From the human T2T-CHM13v2.0 reference genome, Homo sapiens, in the NCBI RefSeq assembly GCF_009914755.1, contig NC_060948.1: a stretch of DNA of 64,000 nucleotides; one strand, 5' to 3'. Both the position numbers and the translations under genes were made by a program. The notes under the pieces were generated by a model that saw only the letters and a program-made list of their open reading frames with translations, did no database searches and was not told the origin of the DNA. Shown here piece after piece: positions 1 through 13,400 of the stretch; positions within the stretch are counted from its first letter, which is position 1; each line of letters starts with the position of its first letter.

Positions 1-738
1 ACATTTAATAAGGAAATCAAGATTTAAAACAATTTCACAAAATATTTTATTATAACCATACACAAAACACTTTTCAAATCACCAACCATTTGTTATTATT
101 TCTTACAAATTCAGACATACAGGATTACGTTCTTGAAACTGCATAATTATATTAAATATAAGAATGTCTCTAAATTTCATGGCTTTTATCTACCATAATG
201 GGTTATCATTCCAATAAAAATATTAAATATTTGTGCCTATATAATTTATATGTGCAAATTATATGCATATATATGAAATGTCCTATATATGTGTGTGTGT
301 GTGGGTTTGTGTACACTTTGATGGAGAATAAGTTGTGTTATTTTATTAAGCAAAAACATTGCCTTTTATGGTACATAAAATGACTCGTGTTTCCATGCTA
401 TTAAAATTCCTACATAAGTCTAAATTCTTATACATTCCATTCTCTTTGTATATTTTCCTTTTAAGATGACAAACATTTATTTCAAAATATCTACATTTTG
501 TAAGCATTATACTCTAGTATCCAGTTTACTTACTATATATATGTGTCTGTATACATATGTATATTCACTTATACATATTGGTGGTAACACTTTTCTCCTT
601 TTATTTTAGTTTTACATTTCTGGAGTTTCGGGAAAGAAGCTATTGAAATTTTTCTTATTTCAAGATATGTTTACATGACCTACTTGCAAACTTAACAAAA
701 TCATCTGAGATTATTTTTTCTTTTTTCAGTAAACTTAC

Positions 739-903
739 CAAAATTTGAACATAACTTGAAAGTAATGATCGGTTTGCTGTTTTGATTGTTTGTAGACAAG
801 TCCTGTGCCATTAGTATCTAATAAAGTGAGTGACATTGAAGAATTTGGTGACAAGAATACAAACTAGTCAAAATAGATTGCCTCTATGTCAATAATTATA
901 AGG
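739..903 (-). pseudogene. candidate decayed exon (most downstream) of minus-strand multi-exon pseudogene
   Basis: Minus strand: acceptor tatttttttgatatgcag|CC at 903 and consensus donor TTTTG|gtaagt at 739; 165 nt; best frame LIIIDIEAIYFD*FVFLSPNSS... has one stop. Confidence 0.4.
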
Positions 904-1823
904 CTGCATATCAAAAAAATATAGTCATATATATATTCTAGGCACTGTTTAGGGATAGTAAAAGAACTAAAAATTGTGTACATACATTTTGTTGGAACAC
1001 AATGGAGGTGAGGTTGGGGAGTATGGTGTATTTCCGTGTGGTTTGAGTGCCTGTGTGTGTGTATGCGGGTGTGAGAATTACTTTTTATAGAAATATAATT
1101 AAGTAAAACTAACTTGGCATGTAAAATATGAGACAGTGAAGGAATAGGAGCATGGAAAACTATAAATTTTATAATTGTGCCATGTTTAGACTTTTCAGTT
1201 ATTTCATAGTTATTGTATCAGACCTAAGACCGTGGCACATATTAGGTTCAAAATGGGAATGTAGATCCCTAAATCTAGATCCTTAATTCTTAATGCTTTT
1301 CACCATCACATGCTATAGTTCATTCACACAAATCACTGTGTTGTGTTTCTTTTGGTTGACACATACCTATCCCCAAGAAAATGGACTCAAAAGACACTAA
1401 TAAAAGCTTTTAAAAGTATTTTTATAAGCCTGGGAACTGCAATAACCCCTGTATCTATTAATTGTTATAATATAATTATGTGAAATATGAGTGAATTGTG
1501 AAGAGACAGGAGTAAAAACTGAACTTTTGGGAAGGAAAATTGCTAAGGAACGAATGCAGAGTCCAGTCCCAAGGGAAATTGGTTAGGGTATCCATTTAGC
1601 ACAGGGTATTTGGTAATCAAACACATGGACTGGAATACAGTTTCAGAAAACATTATGTATCTTAGTGATGAAAGCAACTGCTTTTCACTTTTTGCAAACA
1701 TGACATTAGTGAACCTTCTGCTAAATCCTCTACACTATTTAGTAAATCTATATCCATCAGATTGATTGTCTTTCTGATACTGCCAAAGTTCAGGTGTATA
1801 TTAATTTCAAGAATAATTGAAAC

Positions 1824-2270
1824 TGAAACATACCAAATAGTCCCATAGAGAGTTTTTTATTTTTTTTTTGATTAACATAGAAATTGACCTTTCTGATCTT
1901 AAAACGTGAAACTCACCAGATCCAGACAATGACATACCAGGCCTCTCAAATGGTATCAAAGAATTCAAACTCACCAGATCATCACATTCTGACAATGAGA
2001 TGTCAGGACCCTCATTCATCATGATTGCTTCCTTAACCATCCTGAGTTTCCCTTTTCCAATTCATTGTTACATTTCTTCCCTGCTATATAATCTAATTTC
2101 AGTTAGTCAGGGAGATGGATTTAAGACTGATCTCACATCTTCTTTGCTATAGCACTTGATTAAAGACTCTCCCTTGGTGATAACCATTATCTCAGTGATT
2201 GGCTTTCTATACAGCCAACAGGAGTAGCAGGAGCTAGACTGAACTCCTGGTGTTACTGAAACACCAGGAA
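1824..2270 (+). mobile_element. LOR1 (ERV1) 5' LTR
   Basis: Starts TGAAAC; colinear with 9828-10251 (atagaaattgacc..., gggagatggattt..gactgatctc); preceded by TSD aaac 1820-1823; terminal ~20 nt present in inverted orientation. Confidence 0.85.
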
Positions 2271-3173
2271 AATTTTAAAGGAATTCCCATTTGCAGGTTG
2301 AATAAGCCCTACTGACTGAGAGAGGAGGGAAGCACCCTGACTGTTTCAGTATGGACGCTTCTGGGGGCTTATGTGTAATTGTGTGTTGTGTTTATGTGTC
2401 TGGGCATGTCAGTGTTTTTTGTGGGTACCAGGCAGTGGGATTGACTCCTCTCAATTTGACAAATTCTGCAGTAATTTTTGTTTACAAATTGACCAAGTCC
2501 ACCTAATGGAAAGGGAAGCATTCAGATTGTTTCAGTTTGGACATTCTTGGGGCTTGTGTGTTTCTGCAGTAGTTGGATTGTGTTTTGGTGATTGTTTGTG
2601 TGTGTTTCATGAAAAATTAGAATTCAATAAACAGATATTCCTTTGTAACACTGTTTGGCCCTAATATTCTTTGGAATCTGGAGTTTTCTATTGAATGAGA
2701 AAGTGTGTTTTTTCAGGATCTTATGCCGCTGTTCTACGCAGGTATGTGCCTAGTTAGTAGGTTCCAGGTGATGTCCTGAGGTGCTGTTTGACCCTAATAT
2801 TCTTTGGAGCCTGGGGAGGTTTGGGTCTTTAAGAATAAAACTGCCATTGAAGTTGCTTTACCCAAAATTTTGGTTCACAGCCTACATTGGGTTACCTACT
2901 GGGGCAAACAAAGTTTAGTCATGTAAACATGTTCATAGACAGGTAAGTTTGTATTGCTATCTCATGGCTATAGTTCAAAGGTAAAAGCTATTGGAAAAAG
3001 CTTTGTGTACCTGAAGGGAAAATAGAAAGCTGAAAATGTTTAGTTAATAAAATCTTTAAAACATGATAGAAAACTGAAGAAATGGCAATTAACATTGCTT
3101 ATAGTCAAAGCTCTTAGTGTCAATGAAGGCAAACTGAGAACTATTATAATGAAACACATTGGAAGTTTGGCTA

Positions 3174-3537
3174 TTTTTTAATTATACTTTAAGTTCTGGG
3201 ATATATGTGCAGAACATGCAGGTTTGTTACATAGGTATACACATGCCATGGTGGTTTGCTGCACCCATCAACCCATCGTCTACATTAGGTATTTCTCCTA
3301 ATGCTATCCCTCCCCTATCGCCCCAACCCATGACAGTCCCCGGTATGTGATGTTTCCCTCCCTGTGTCCATGTGTTCTCATTATTCAACTCCCACTTATG
3401 AGTGAGAACATGCAGTGTTTGGTTTTCTGTTCCTGTGTTAGTTTGCTGAGAATGATGGCTTCCAGTTTCATCCATGTCCCTGCAAAGGACATGAACTCAT
3501 CATTTTTTATGACTGCATAGTATTCCATGGTGTATAT
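3174..3537 (-). mobile_element. L1PA (L1PA7/8-like) 3' end and 3' UTR
   Basis: ttatactttaagttctgggat...gcacccatcaaccc = L1PA 3' UTR; ORF ...WMKLEAIILSKLTQEQKTKHCMFSLISGS = ORF2p C-terminus. Confidence 0.9.
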
Positions 3538-5393
3538 GGATCTCTCTGCAGAGAGTGGATCTCTCTGCAGAAACTCTATAAGCCAGAAGAGAGTGGGAGC
3601 CAATATTCAACATTCTTAAAGAGAAGAATTTTCAACCCAAAATTTCATATCCAGCCAAACTAAGTTTCATAAGCGAAACAGAAATAAAATCCTTTACAGA
3701 CAAGCAAATGCCGAGAGATTTTGTCAACACCAGACCCGCCTTACAAGAGTTCCTGAAAGAAGCACTAAATATGGAAAGGAAAAACTGGTACCAGCCACTG
3801 CAAAAACATACAAATTGTAAAGACCATCGACACTATGAAGAAACTGCACCAACTAACGGGCAAAATCATCATAATGACAGGATCAAATTCACACATGACA
3901 ATATTAACCTTAAATGTAAATGGGCTAAATGCCCCAATTAAAAGACACAGACTGGCAAATTGGATAAAGAGTCAAGACCCATCGGTATGCTGTATTCAGG
4001 AGACCCATCTCACGTGCAAAGATACACGTAGGCTCAAAATATAAGAGATGGAGGAATATTTACCAAGAAAATGGAAAGCAAAAAAAAAAAAAAAAAAAAG
4101 CAGGGTTTGAAATCCTAGTCTCTGATAAAACAGACTTTAAACCATCAAAGATCAAAAAAGACAAAGAAGGGCATTACATAATGGTGAAAGGATCAATTCA
4201 GCAAGAAGAACTAACTATCCTAAATACATATGCACCCAATACAGGAGCACCCAGGTTCATAAAGCAAGTTCTTAGAGACCTACAAAGAGACTTAGACTCC
4301 CACACAATAATAGTGGGAGACTTTAACACCCCACTGTCAATATTAGACAGATCAATGAGACAGAAAATTAACAAGGATATCCAGGACTTGAACTCAGCTC
4401 TGGACCAAGTGGACCTAATAGATATCTACAGAACTCTCCACCCAAAATCAACAGAATATACATTCTTCTCAGCACCACATCGCACTTATTCTAAAATTCA
4501 CCACATAACTGGAAGTAAAACACTCCTCAGCAAACGCAAAAGAATGGAAATCATAACAAACAGTCTCTCAGACCATAGTGCAATCAAATTAGGAATCAGG
4601 ATTAAGAAACACACTCAAAACCACACAACTGCATGGAAACTGAATGACCTGCTCCTGAATGACTACTGGGTACATAACGAAATGAAGTCAGAAATAAAGA
4701 TGTTCTTTGAAACCAAGGAGAACAAAGACACAACGTTTCAGAATTTCTGGGGCACAGCTAAAGCACTGTTTAGAGGGAAATGTATAGCACTAAAGACCCA
4801 CAGGAGAAAGTGGGAATGATCTAAAATCAACACCCTAATATCACAATTAAAAGAACTAGAGAAGCAAGAGGAAACCAATTCAAAAGCTAGCAGAGGACAA
4901 GAAATAACTAAGATCAGAGCAGAACTGAAGGAGATCAAGGCACAAAAAAAAATTCAAAAAATCAATAAATCCAGGACATGGTTTTTTGAAAAGATTAACA
5001 AAATAGATAGACCGCTAGCCAGACTAATAAAGAAGAAAAGAAAGAAGAATCAAATAGACACAATAAAAAATAATAAAGGGGATATCACCACTGATCCCAC
5101 AAAAATACAAACTACCATTAGGGAATACTATAAACACCTCTATGCAAATAAACTAGAAAATCTAGAAGAAATGGATAAATTCCTGGACACATACACCCTC
5201 CCAAGACTAAGCCAGGAAGAAGTCGAATCCCTGAACAGACCAATAAGAAGTTCTGAAATTGAGGCAGTAATTAATAGCCTACCAATCAAAAAAAGCCCAG
5301 GATGAAGTGGATTCACAGCTGAATTCAACCAGAGGTACAAAGAGGAGCTGGTACGATTCCTTCTGAAACTATTCCAAACAATAGAAAAAGAGT
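3538..5393 (+). mobile_element. L1PA inverted segment: end of ORF1 and ORF2 endonuclease region (disrupted)
   Basis: ORFs RPALQEFLKEALNME (ORF1p), MTGSNSHMTILTLNVNGLN and 4181-4819 ([17 protein letters not shown]) are L1 EN-domain motifs; frameshifts and stops. Confidence 0.92.
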
Positions 5394-6184
5394 ATACAGG
5401 ACTCACTACAAGGGTACCTCATTTACTCAGCCTTCTACTCTCAACTTCAGATGAGAACTGGAGTGTGCAAGCACTGGAACTGGCCAACTGGTTTGGTGTC
5501 AGCAGGAGTGAGCTCCATGTGGGCCCTGTGGCATTGTCCACGTATGGATGCCTGTGACCCCAAAGCCCTAGAGGTCATGTTACCAGTGCTCTTTAAGCTG
5601 TGTCATCCATGGATGGCTTAAGTGTTTGTAGCTCAGTGGGCACTTTGCCTCATTGTGTGGGGCAGCTGCCCTCCACCAGTGAGGGGAAAGGGCCAGTGTG
5701 ACAGTCTTTTGTATCCACTTGTGGCTCCCAAGCTCCTGTCCAGAGTCCAGGAAAAATGAGGTTAAATGAACAAATTGAAGGATGATATATGCAGGGTATT
5801 TTATTGCTGATTAAATTGCCTCTCAGTGGGAAGAGGTGCTCAAAAGGGGATGGGGAGGTAGGCAATCCTCCCCTGAAGTCTGGCTGTCTCCAGCCAGATT
5901 CTTCTCCAAGGTTACACCATCAAGCTGTCCCTCCGAAATCAAGCCATTTTTCTCCAACATCCAACCGTAGTCTCTGCTCCTCTCCAGCTGAATCTTGGGT
6001 CTTTACAGGCACATAATGGAGGACAGGGTGGGTCATGGGTAGTTTAGGAAAAGACAACATTCAAGCAGGAAAACAGGGATATAAGTTCTCATTTTAGGCC
6101 ATGGTTTCAGGCTTTTTGGCTTGAGGGTTTCACTGGGGACCTGCCCTTTTCTGCCTAGAATTTCTCTGCCTCCTTCACCTATCA
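5394..6184 (-). mobile_element. ERV1 solo LTR, LTR27-like (LTR1/27/28 group), 3' end clipped
   Basis: Minus strand begins tgataggtgaaggaggcagagaaattctaggcagaaaagggcagg; far end stops at gagtcctgtata against the L1 with no ...CA terminus. Confidence 0.65.
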
Positions 6185-7569
6185 GTACAAGTACTAATGT
6201 ACTTATTGGTCATCTGCCTACAGTGAATTTCTCAATTGCACAAAATATATATTGGTATTGATCAACTTGAAGACATTAATCTGTATACCAGAAACAAAAT
6301 GTCCATTAGGTGTTTGTTTTAGGCTCTGGGTAACATTGTAGCCTCTCATATAAACTGAGTAGGAGAAATAATTGGAGTCGGTTTTCTGTTTATTTGTTTT
6401 TGCTTTTAATTTTCATTTATTGCTGTTTGATCTTTTTGGAATTTTAATTATATATACATATATATAAAACCATTGATGGCTTTTAGTTTCTAATGGAAGA
6501 CTTTTATTTGATCCCATGAATAGCCATTTATTGGCCTATGCATTTCCAACAATTCATCATCTGTTCTATTTATCTAAAATTCCAAGCTGCCTATGTCAAA
6601 CCTGCAAAAAGTAAGTAATAAAGGACATCAACTATTTAAAATTTGATTGGTTTTGTTTACCTCTGACAGAGAGCTACAAAAGCTTTAAGGTTTCTGTAAA
6701 AATAAAATAAATAAGATTTATTTTTACATGTTTTGAGCAGCAGTGTTACATTACTTCATTTGAAAAAAGTAGGTGAGAATAAAGATGTTTAAATAATGTT
6801 TATTTCCAAGGTAATTCAGTTCAATCAATAATTTGAGTTGGTTTCAGATCTTTTTATTTAGGGAATGAAGAAAAATTATGACATGGACGTAAAGTTTTAA
6901 TGTTCAGAACAGTTTGGTCTGTGATTTCTCTCAAACCAATTTAGTTGTATTTAACATTATTAAAATTCAATGACATTTGCTTGGGTTAAGTCATAATAAA
7001 AAAATGTATGACTTTCTAGTAATTTTTTTTAATCCCAAGCCATTTATCACTGATAGGCCTCGATGTGTATAATTGAAAATGAAATATGTACAAGTGTTAC
7101 CCTGGCTTGAATATTTTACTGGTGAAAGTTACCTAATCAGTTGTCTGTACTGTATCTAGAAACCAATCTTGGAAATGTGTGATGATGTCCTTTTAAAACA
7201 GTTGAAAAGAAATTACTGTGTGCTTGTTCTTAATTTGTCCCTGTTTTGTTGTATAGTATTTAAATGAAAGGAGATTATTTTTCCTCACACTGAATTTCCA
7301 AAACTGATAACTGCATTTATAATTTTTTAAATGATGAAGAGAAACCTTAGTCATCTTACTTTGATAAGTTTGGAGCAGGAACTATCACAAAAGTTTGGAT
7401 AGTAGGAACTATCCAAACAAAAGTTTGGATGCTTTTGATCACAGTTTTGTCACTAGAATGCTAGCAACTAGACATGCAATAAGTAATCTGACTAACTTAA
7501 TACACAGTGGTTTCAAGTGCAGCAGGCAGTAGCCTCTAAACACCAAATCACAGTGTTTTAATTTGTGAA

Positions 7570-7831
7570 ACGATAGAGAAAATGATAGCACTTTCTGTGG
7601 TATAAATATCTTATTAACCCATCCTTGTGCTGTTAAGTTATAGGGCTTTGAATCCTGGAACTTAACAGCAGAAAGTGCCTTTGAATCTGAAAAGGCATAC
7701 ACGATAGAGAAAATGATAGCACTTTCTGTGGTATAAATATCTTATTAACCCATCCTTGTGCTGTTAAGTTATAGGGCTTTGAATCCTGGAACTTAACAGC
7801 ACAAAGTGCCTTTGAATCTGAAAAGGCACAC
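7570..7831. repeat. 131-bp tandem duplication, 2 mismatches
   Basis: acgatagagaaaatg...aaaaggca(t/c)ac at 7570-7700 and 7701-7831. Confidence 0.95.
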
Positions 7832-9827
7832 CCTTCTGCTAAATTTTGAGCATTGACAACAGTCTAAGCTGTGTTTTGAGACCACAGAGAAAGTGAAAAT
7901 CAGAATGAATGCTTTTGTGAAACACAGAACAAAAAGTTTGAACCGTTCAATCTAGACTCAGGGACTATCATGAAACAGGTGGGCACATGAAATTTTAAGG
8001 GCCAATTTTGTGAGATAAAATTTGTTCAGAGTTTTTTTAATATATAAATTAAACATTAATATTAAAAGCACACTGATGTAAAGCCAACATCTAGGCCTGT
8101 GTGTAAAAATAACAGGGTTTTCTTGGAGCATTGATCTGCTCTTTAATAGAGTTATAAAAGATTTAACAGAAATTTTATCTTATGGTCAAACTGATTAAAA
8201 TTAGATTTGTTTTTAAGGTTTTATTAAATTTTATTAAAATTAGCTTTAACATTAATAATACACCATACAAAGGTAAAATTTGGTTTTCTTCTTTGGAGAA
8301 AATTTTCACTTACGGGATAATAGGAGATTTTTGTTTACCATTTGATTAAACTGCAGGGGAAAAAGGATAGGGAGAGACAAATTTATTTGACCTCATGCTA
8401 TCTTTATTAGGTTTCATTGTTTGAGAAACTTCGTCTCATCACTATCAAAGGATAATTGTTTTTGTAGTATCATTTTGGCTAAATGAATGACTAGTTTGTA
8501 GTAACTTGTGGGTTCTATTTTGTAGTATCAATTGTCTTAAACCTTTGATAGTTGAAAGATTTTCCAACAGCAAAATTTCAAGTTCGAAATTCAGTCTTTT
8601 TAACCTCATACTAACTTTTTTTTTTTTATATTGGGTCCCCTGAAGACCAACAGAGACACTTTAGGTTTATTCGGTAAGTTAGAATTATACAAAAATCATT
8701 GTCAAATGTGACATAGTATTTAACTTCTTTTGGGTTATATTTATAAAGATGTGTTATTAATATGTGTTCTAGGACTGTATGATATTCCTGAAATTCTGAC
8801 ATACCTTAATATATTTGTTAAGTAATGATTATAATTATGTTGAATTTTTTTTTTGCCAACAGAAATTACGTAATTTCCTTATCAACTGTATCTTTAACTA
8901 TGACCGTTTTAAGACTTTTGTCATCCACAATTGTTTCTTGTTGATTCTTGTTAAAAAGTGACTTAAAATCAGTTTTAATCCAGGGCTTGCTTCTTTGGGG
9001 CAGTTTATGGAAGGAACTCATGAATAAAGGATTCTGATAACTTTGGAGATTGTGTCACCGGATTAGAAAGAAAACTTCCAGCAGTCTAATTAACTAGCTG
9101 ATGTGTTTATAAAGACTGCTAACCAAATATGAAGCACAGTAGGAGCTGATTGGATGGTCTGAACTAATGGTGGACTGATGTAATTTTTATGGCTTTTTTG
9201 CTTGAAATATTGTTGATTCTTTGTTTTTCAGAATCTGGAGAACTTTTTTCTTTAGAACTATTTATAGCCTTTAAATATACTTTAAGTATATTGAGGATAG
9301 ATTGAAGCTTTTGAGTCATAGTCCTCTCTCTCTCTGCCTAAAATTTGTAAACTATTTCTGAATATTCTTAATTCATGGCAATGTGATTGTTTGTATATGT
9401 TTAGTAAGAACTTGTTTTCTTTTATAAGGGGATGCAGTTGGAGGAACTGATTATTTTCCAAGGGTTTTGACTGAAATGGTCTGTGAGAAGTTTCAGCAAA
9501 GCCAACTCAAGAGAGCCTATTTGGACAATAATTATTTCTGCACTTTATATGGGTAATCAGGCCAAGTATATGGGACTAAATCTTATTTTGCAGGAAGGTT
9601 TGCCCTATTATAATTGGTCTTTGGTGAAAGTGGGTGACTAGAGAGAGAAAAATTGTATTTCAAAAGAAAACTATAGTACCAATCTTTGATTTCTCCATGG
9701 CCACATGATCACCCATGGTATGGAGTACCCACAATGCCCCTCCTCAGCAGGAAGAAGCCAGAATGATTGATCATCAGAATCCCCATGATTGAGGAATTGA
9801 TAAATAAAAGGGTGGGGGGGGAGGTGC

Positions 9828-10251
9828 TGAAACCAATCTAATAGTCACATAGGTTTTTTTTTTTATAAAAATAGAAATTGACCATTCTAGTCTTAAAACT
9901 TGAAACTCACCAGATTAAGACAATGAGGTATTAGCCCTCTCAAAAGGTATCAAATATCAAACTCATCAGATATCACATCCAGACCATGAGACACCAGACC
10001 ACTCATTCATCATGATTACTTCCTTACCTCACCTGAATTCCTGTTTTCCTATACATAGTTACATTTCTTTCCTGCTATATAAACCTCTAATTTTAGTCAG
10101 TCAGGGAGATGGATTTGAGACTGATCTCCCCTCTCCCTGGCTGTAGCACCTGTTTAAAGTCTTTTTTCTTGGCAATAATCATTGACTCAATGATTGGCTT
10201 TCAGTGCAATGAACAGCAGGACCTAGGCCAAATCCCTAGTGTTTGGTAACA
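9828..10251 (+). mobile_element. LOR1 3' LTR
   Basis: TGAAACC...gtgtttggtaACA followed by TSD aaac; TATA-like ctatataaa at ~10076. Confidence 0.88.
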
Positions 10252-10484
10252 AAACTACTTCTCAGGGATATTAAACAATGGAAAATAGAAGAAAACTCTC
10301 AAATGAGAAAATCAGTCTTCACTATGTAATGATTTTTTCTCTTGCACTCTCATATAAAAAATGCTAACTACCTTAGAGATACTTGAGGGTGAAAGAAGCA
10401 ATATTTCTTTGATGTATGTTACATTGTTTATTTTAAGATGACAGTTTTCTCATTGTTTTTGAAGTATAATTTGTTTGGCTATTT

Positions 10485-13400
10485 CTTTTTTGAAATTCTA
10501 GTTGACATATAGTCATTGTACATATTTATGAGGTAGAGGTGCAATTTTGATACCTATATAAAATGTATGTATAAAATATGTGATGCTCAAATCAGGGTAA
10601 TTGGTATATTCATCACCTCATACATTTATCATTTGTTTGTATTGGGAATATTAAAAATCCTCTCTTATAGCTGTTTAAAAATTCAGAATAAATTATTGTT
10701 TACTAGTCACACTAGTCACACTAGAAATTTTTCCTCTTATCTAGCTATAATTGTGTATCCAATAAACCACCTTCCCCTATACAGCCCCTTATCATTCCCA
10801 GCCTCTAATTACTACTATTCTACTCTCTCCTTCAATGATATAAACATTTTTAGCTTCTACATGTGAGTGAGAACACATGGTATTTATGTTTTTGAGCCTG
10901 GATCAGTTTACTTGATGTAATGTCCTACAGATTCATCCATTCTGCCACATTTAGCAGGATTTTATTCTTTTTAAAGGCTGAATGATATTCCATTGTGAAT
11001 CTATACCACATTTTCATTATCTATTCATCTGTTGATGGACTCTTAGGTTGAGTCAATATTCTGATTATGGTGACAAGTTCTGAGAAAAATATTCAAGTAC
11101 AGGTATCTCTTTGAAATACTAATTTACTTTTTAAAAAATATGTATTCAATAGCAGGATGGCTGGCTGATACAACAGCTCTGTTTTTTGTTATTTGAGGAA
11201 ATTCCATGCTCTGTTTCTTAACTGATGACTGATTTACATTCTGACCAGCTAGGTATAAGCTTTTCTCTGCATTCTCACTACCATTTTTTTATAATAGCCA
11301 TTCTAATTAAGGTGAGATGATACCACTGTGAGTTTGATTTGCATTTCTCTGATTCTTAGTAATAATGAACATTTTGATATACTTTTTAATGTTTGTATGT
11401 CTTCTTTTGAGAAATTACTCTTCAGATCTTCTGCTGTCTTTTTTAATCAGGTTATTTATTTTTCTGCTGTAGAGTTGAGATCCTTTTATATTCTATATGT
11501 AAGTCTCTTGTCAAATTAGTAGTTTGAAAATATTTTCTCCCATTCTGCTGATTGTCTCTTTATTTATTGTTTTTCTTTCCTTGCAGAAACTTTTAATTTT
11601 GATACAATTCCAGTTGCCTATTTTTACTTTTGTTGCCTGTGCTTTTGAGGTCCTAGCCATAAAATATTTGCCCAGGCCAACGTCCTGAAGGATTTTCCTG
11701 TTTTCTTTTGGAAGTGTTATAGTTTCAGGTCTTATATTTAGGTGTTTACTTTACTTTTGAGTTCAACTTTGTATATAGTGGGGAATATGGCTTTAGTTTT
11801 ATTCTTTGTACATGGATATGCAATTTTCCAACCACCATTTATTGAAGATACTGTCATTTCCCCAATATGTATTCTTGAAAACTTTGTTAACATTGGGCTG
11901 TATATATGCAGATTTATTTCTGGGTCCTTTACCCTTTTCCATTAGTCTATGTGCCTGATTTTATGCCAGTACCATGCTACTTTTATTACTATGTTTGTAG
12001 TACATTTTAGGTCAAGTAGTGTAATGCCTCTTGCTTGTTCTTTTCAGAAGACTCCTTTGGCTATTTTAGATCGTTTTTAGTCCCATATAAATGTTTTTAT
12101 TGTCTTTTTTAAATATTTCTGTGAAAAATCCTGTGAATGTTTTGTTAGGGATTACATGGAATCTGTAGATAACTTTGGGTAGTGTGGTTATTTTAACGAT
12201 ATTAATTATTTCAATCCATGAAAACGGGATGTTTTATTTTTTAAATGTCTTCTTTATTTCATCAGAGTTTCATTATTTTTATTGTAGAGATCTATCATCT
12301 CCATGGTAATATTTATTCCTAAATACGTGATATTTTGTGGCTATTGTAAATGGTATTACTTTCTCAATTTCTTATTCACCTAGATTATTATTGGTGTATA
12401 AAAATGCAAATGTATTTGTATGTTGATTTTTATCCTGTGAATTTACTGAATGCATTTATTAGTTCTAAAAGATTTTGGTAGAGTCTTCAGAATTTCTATA
12501 TAAAAACACACGCCATCTGCCAACAGGTACAATTCGTCTTCCTCCTTTCCAATTTAAGGGCACTTTATTTCTTTGTCTTCTCTAATTGCTCTGACTAGGA
12601 CCTTCAGTGCTGTGTCAAATAACAGTAGTGAAAGAGGGCATTCACGTCTTGTGCCAGATTTTAGAAAAAAAGGTTCAATTCTTCCTTGTTCAGGATGATG
12701 TTAGTTGCAACATATAGCCTTTATTTTCTTAAGGTATGTTTCTTCTATACTTGGTTTATTGAGAGTATTTATTATTCAGAAATGTTGAATTTTATCAAAT
12801 GCTTTATCTGCATCTATTGAGATGATTGTTTTTCCTTCATTTTGTTTATATGATTTATCACATTTATTGATTTGTGTATGTTAAGCCATTCTTGTATCCC
12901 TGAAATACATTTTATTTAATTATGCTGTATAATTGTATCGATGTGCTGTTGGATTCAGTTTGCTAGTATTTTGTTAATAATTTTTGCATCTATGCTCATC
13001 AGGGATATTGGCCTACAGTTTTGTTGTTGTTTTGTCCTTGCCTGGTTTTGGTGTCAGGGCAATGCTGGCCTCATAGAATGAGTTTAAAATAATTTCCTAC
13101 CCTTCAATTTTTGGAATAGTTTCAGAAAAATTGAAATTAATTTTAATTTAAATGTTTGGTAGAATTCAGCAATGAAGTCATCTGATCCTAGGTATTTTTG
13201 ATGTTGTGAGAAATATTTTACTAGCACTTCAAACTTGTTACTTGTTTTTGGTCTGCTCAGGTTTTCCATTTCTTCCTGGTTCATTCTTGATAGGTTCTGT
13301 GTGTCCAGGAGTTTATCCATTTCCCTTTAGCTTTTCCATTTTATTGGCATATAGTTGTTCATAATAATCTCTCATGATATTCTGTATTTCTGTGTTATCA

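Larger units (their letters stand above)
1824..10251 (+). mobile_element. LOR1 provirus with non-coding internal region, interrupted by L1PA and an LTR27-like element
   Basis: Paired direct LTRs, 4-bp TSD AAAC (1820-1823 / 10252-10255), polypurine tract aaaagggtggggggggagg just before the 3' LTR; no gag/pol ORF visible. Confidence 0.8.

Noticed and set aside
4181-4819. 212-aa endonuclease ORF as a functional gene
   Set aside because: Fragment of a rearranged L1 ORF2, frameshifted upstream at a poly-A run and stopped downstream
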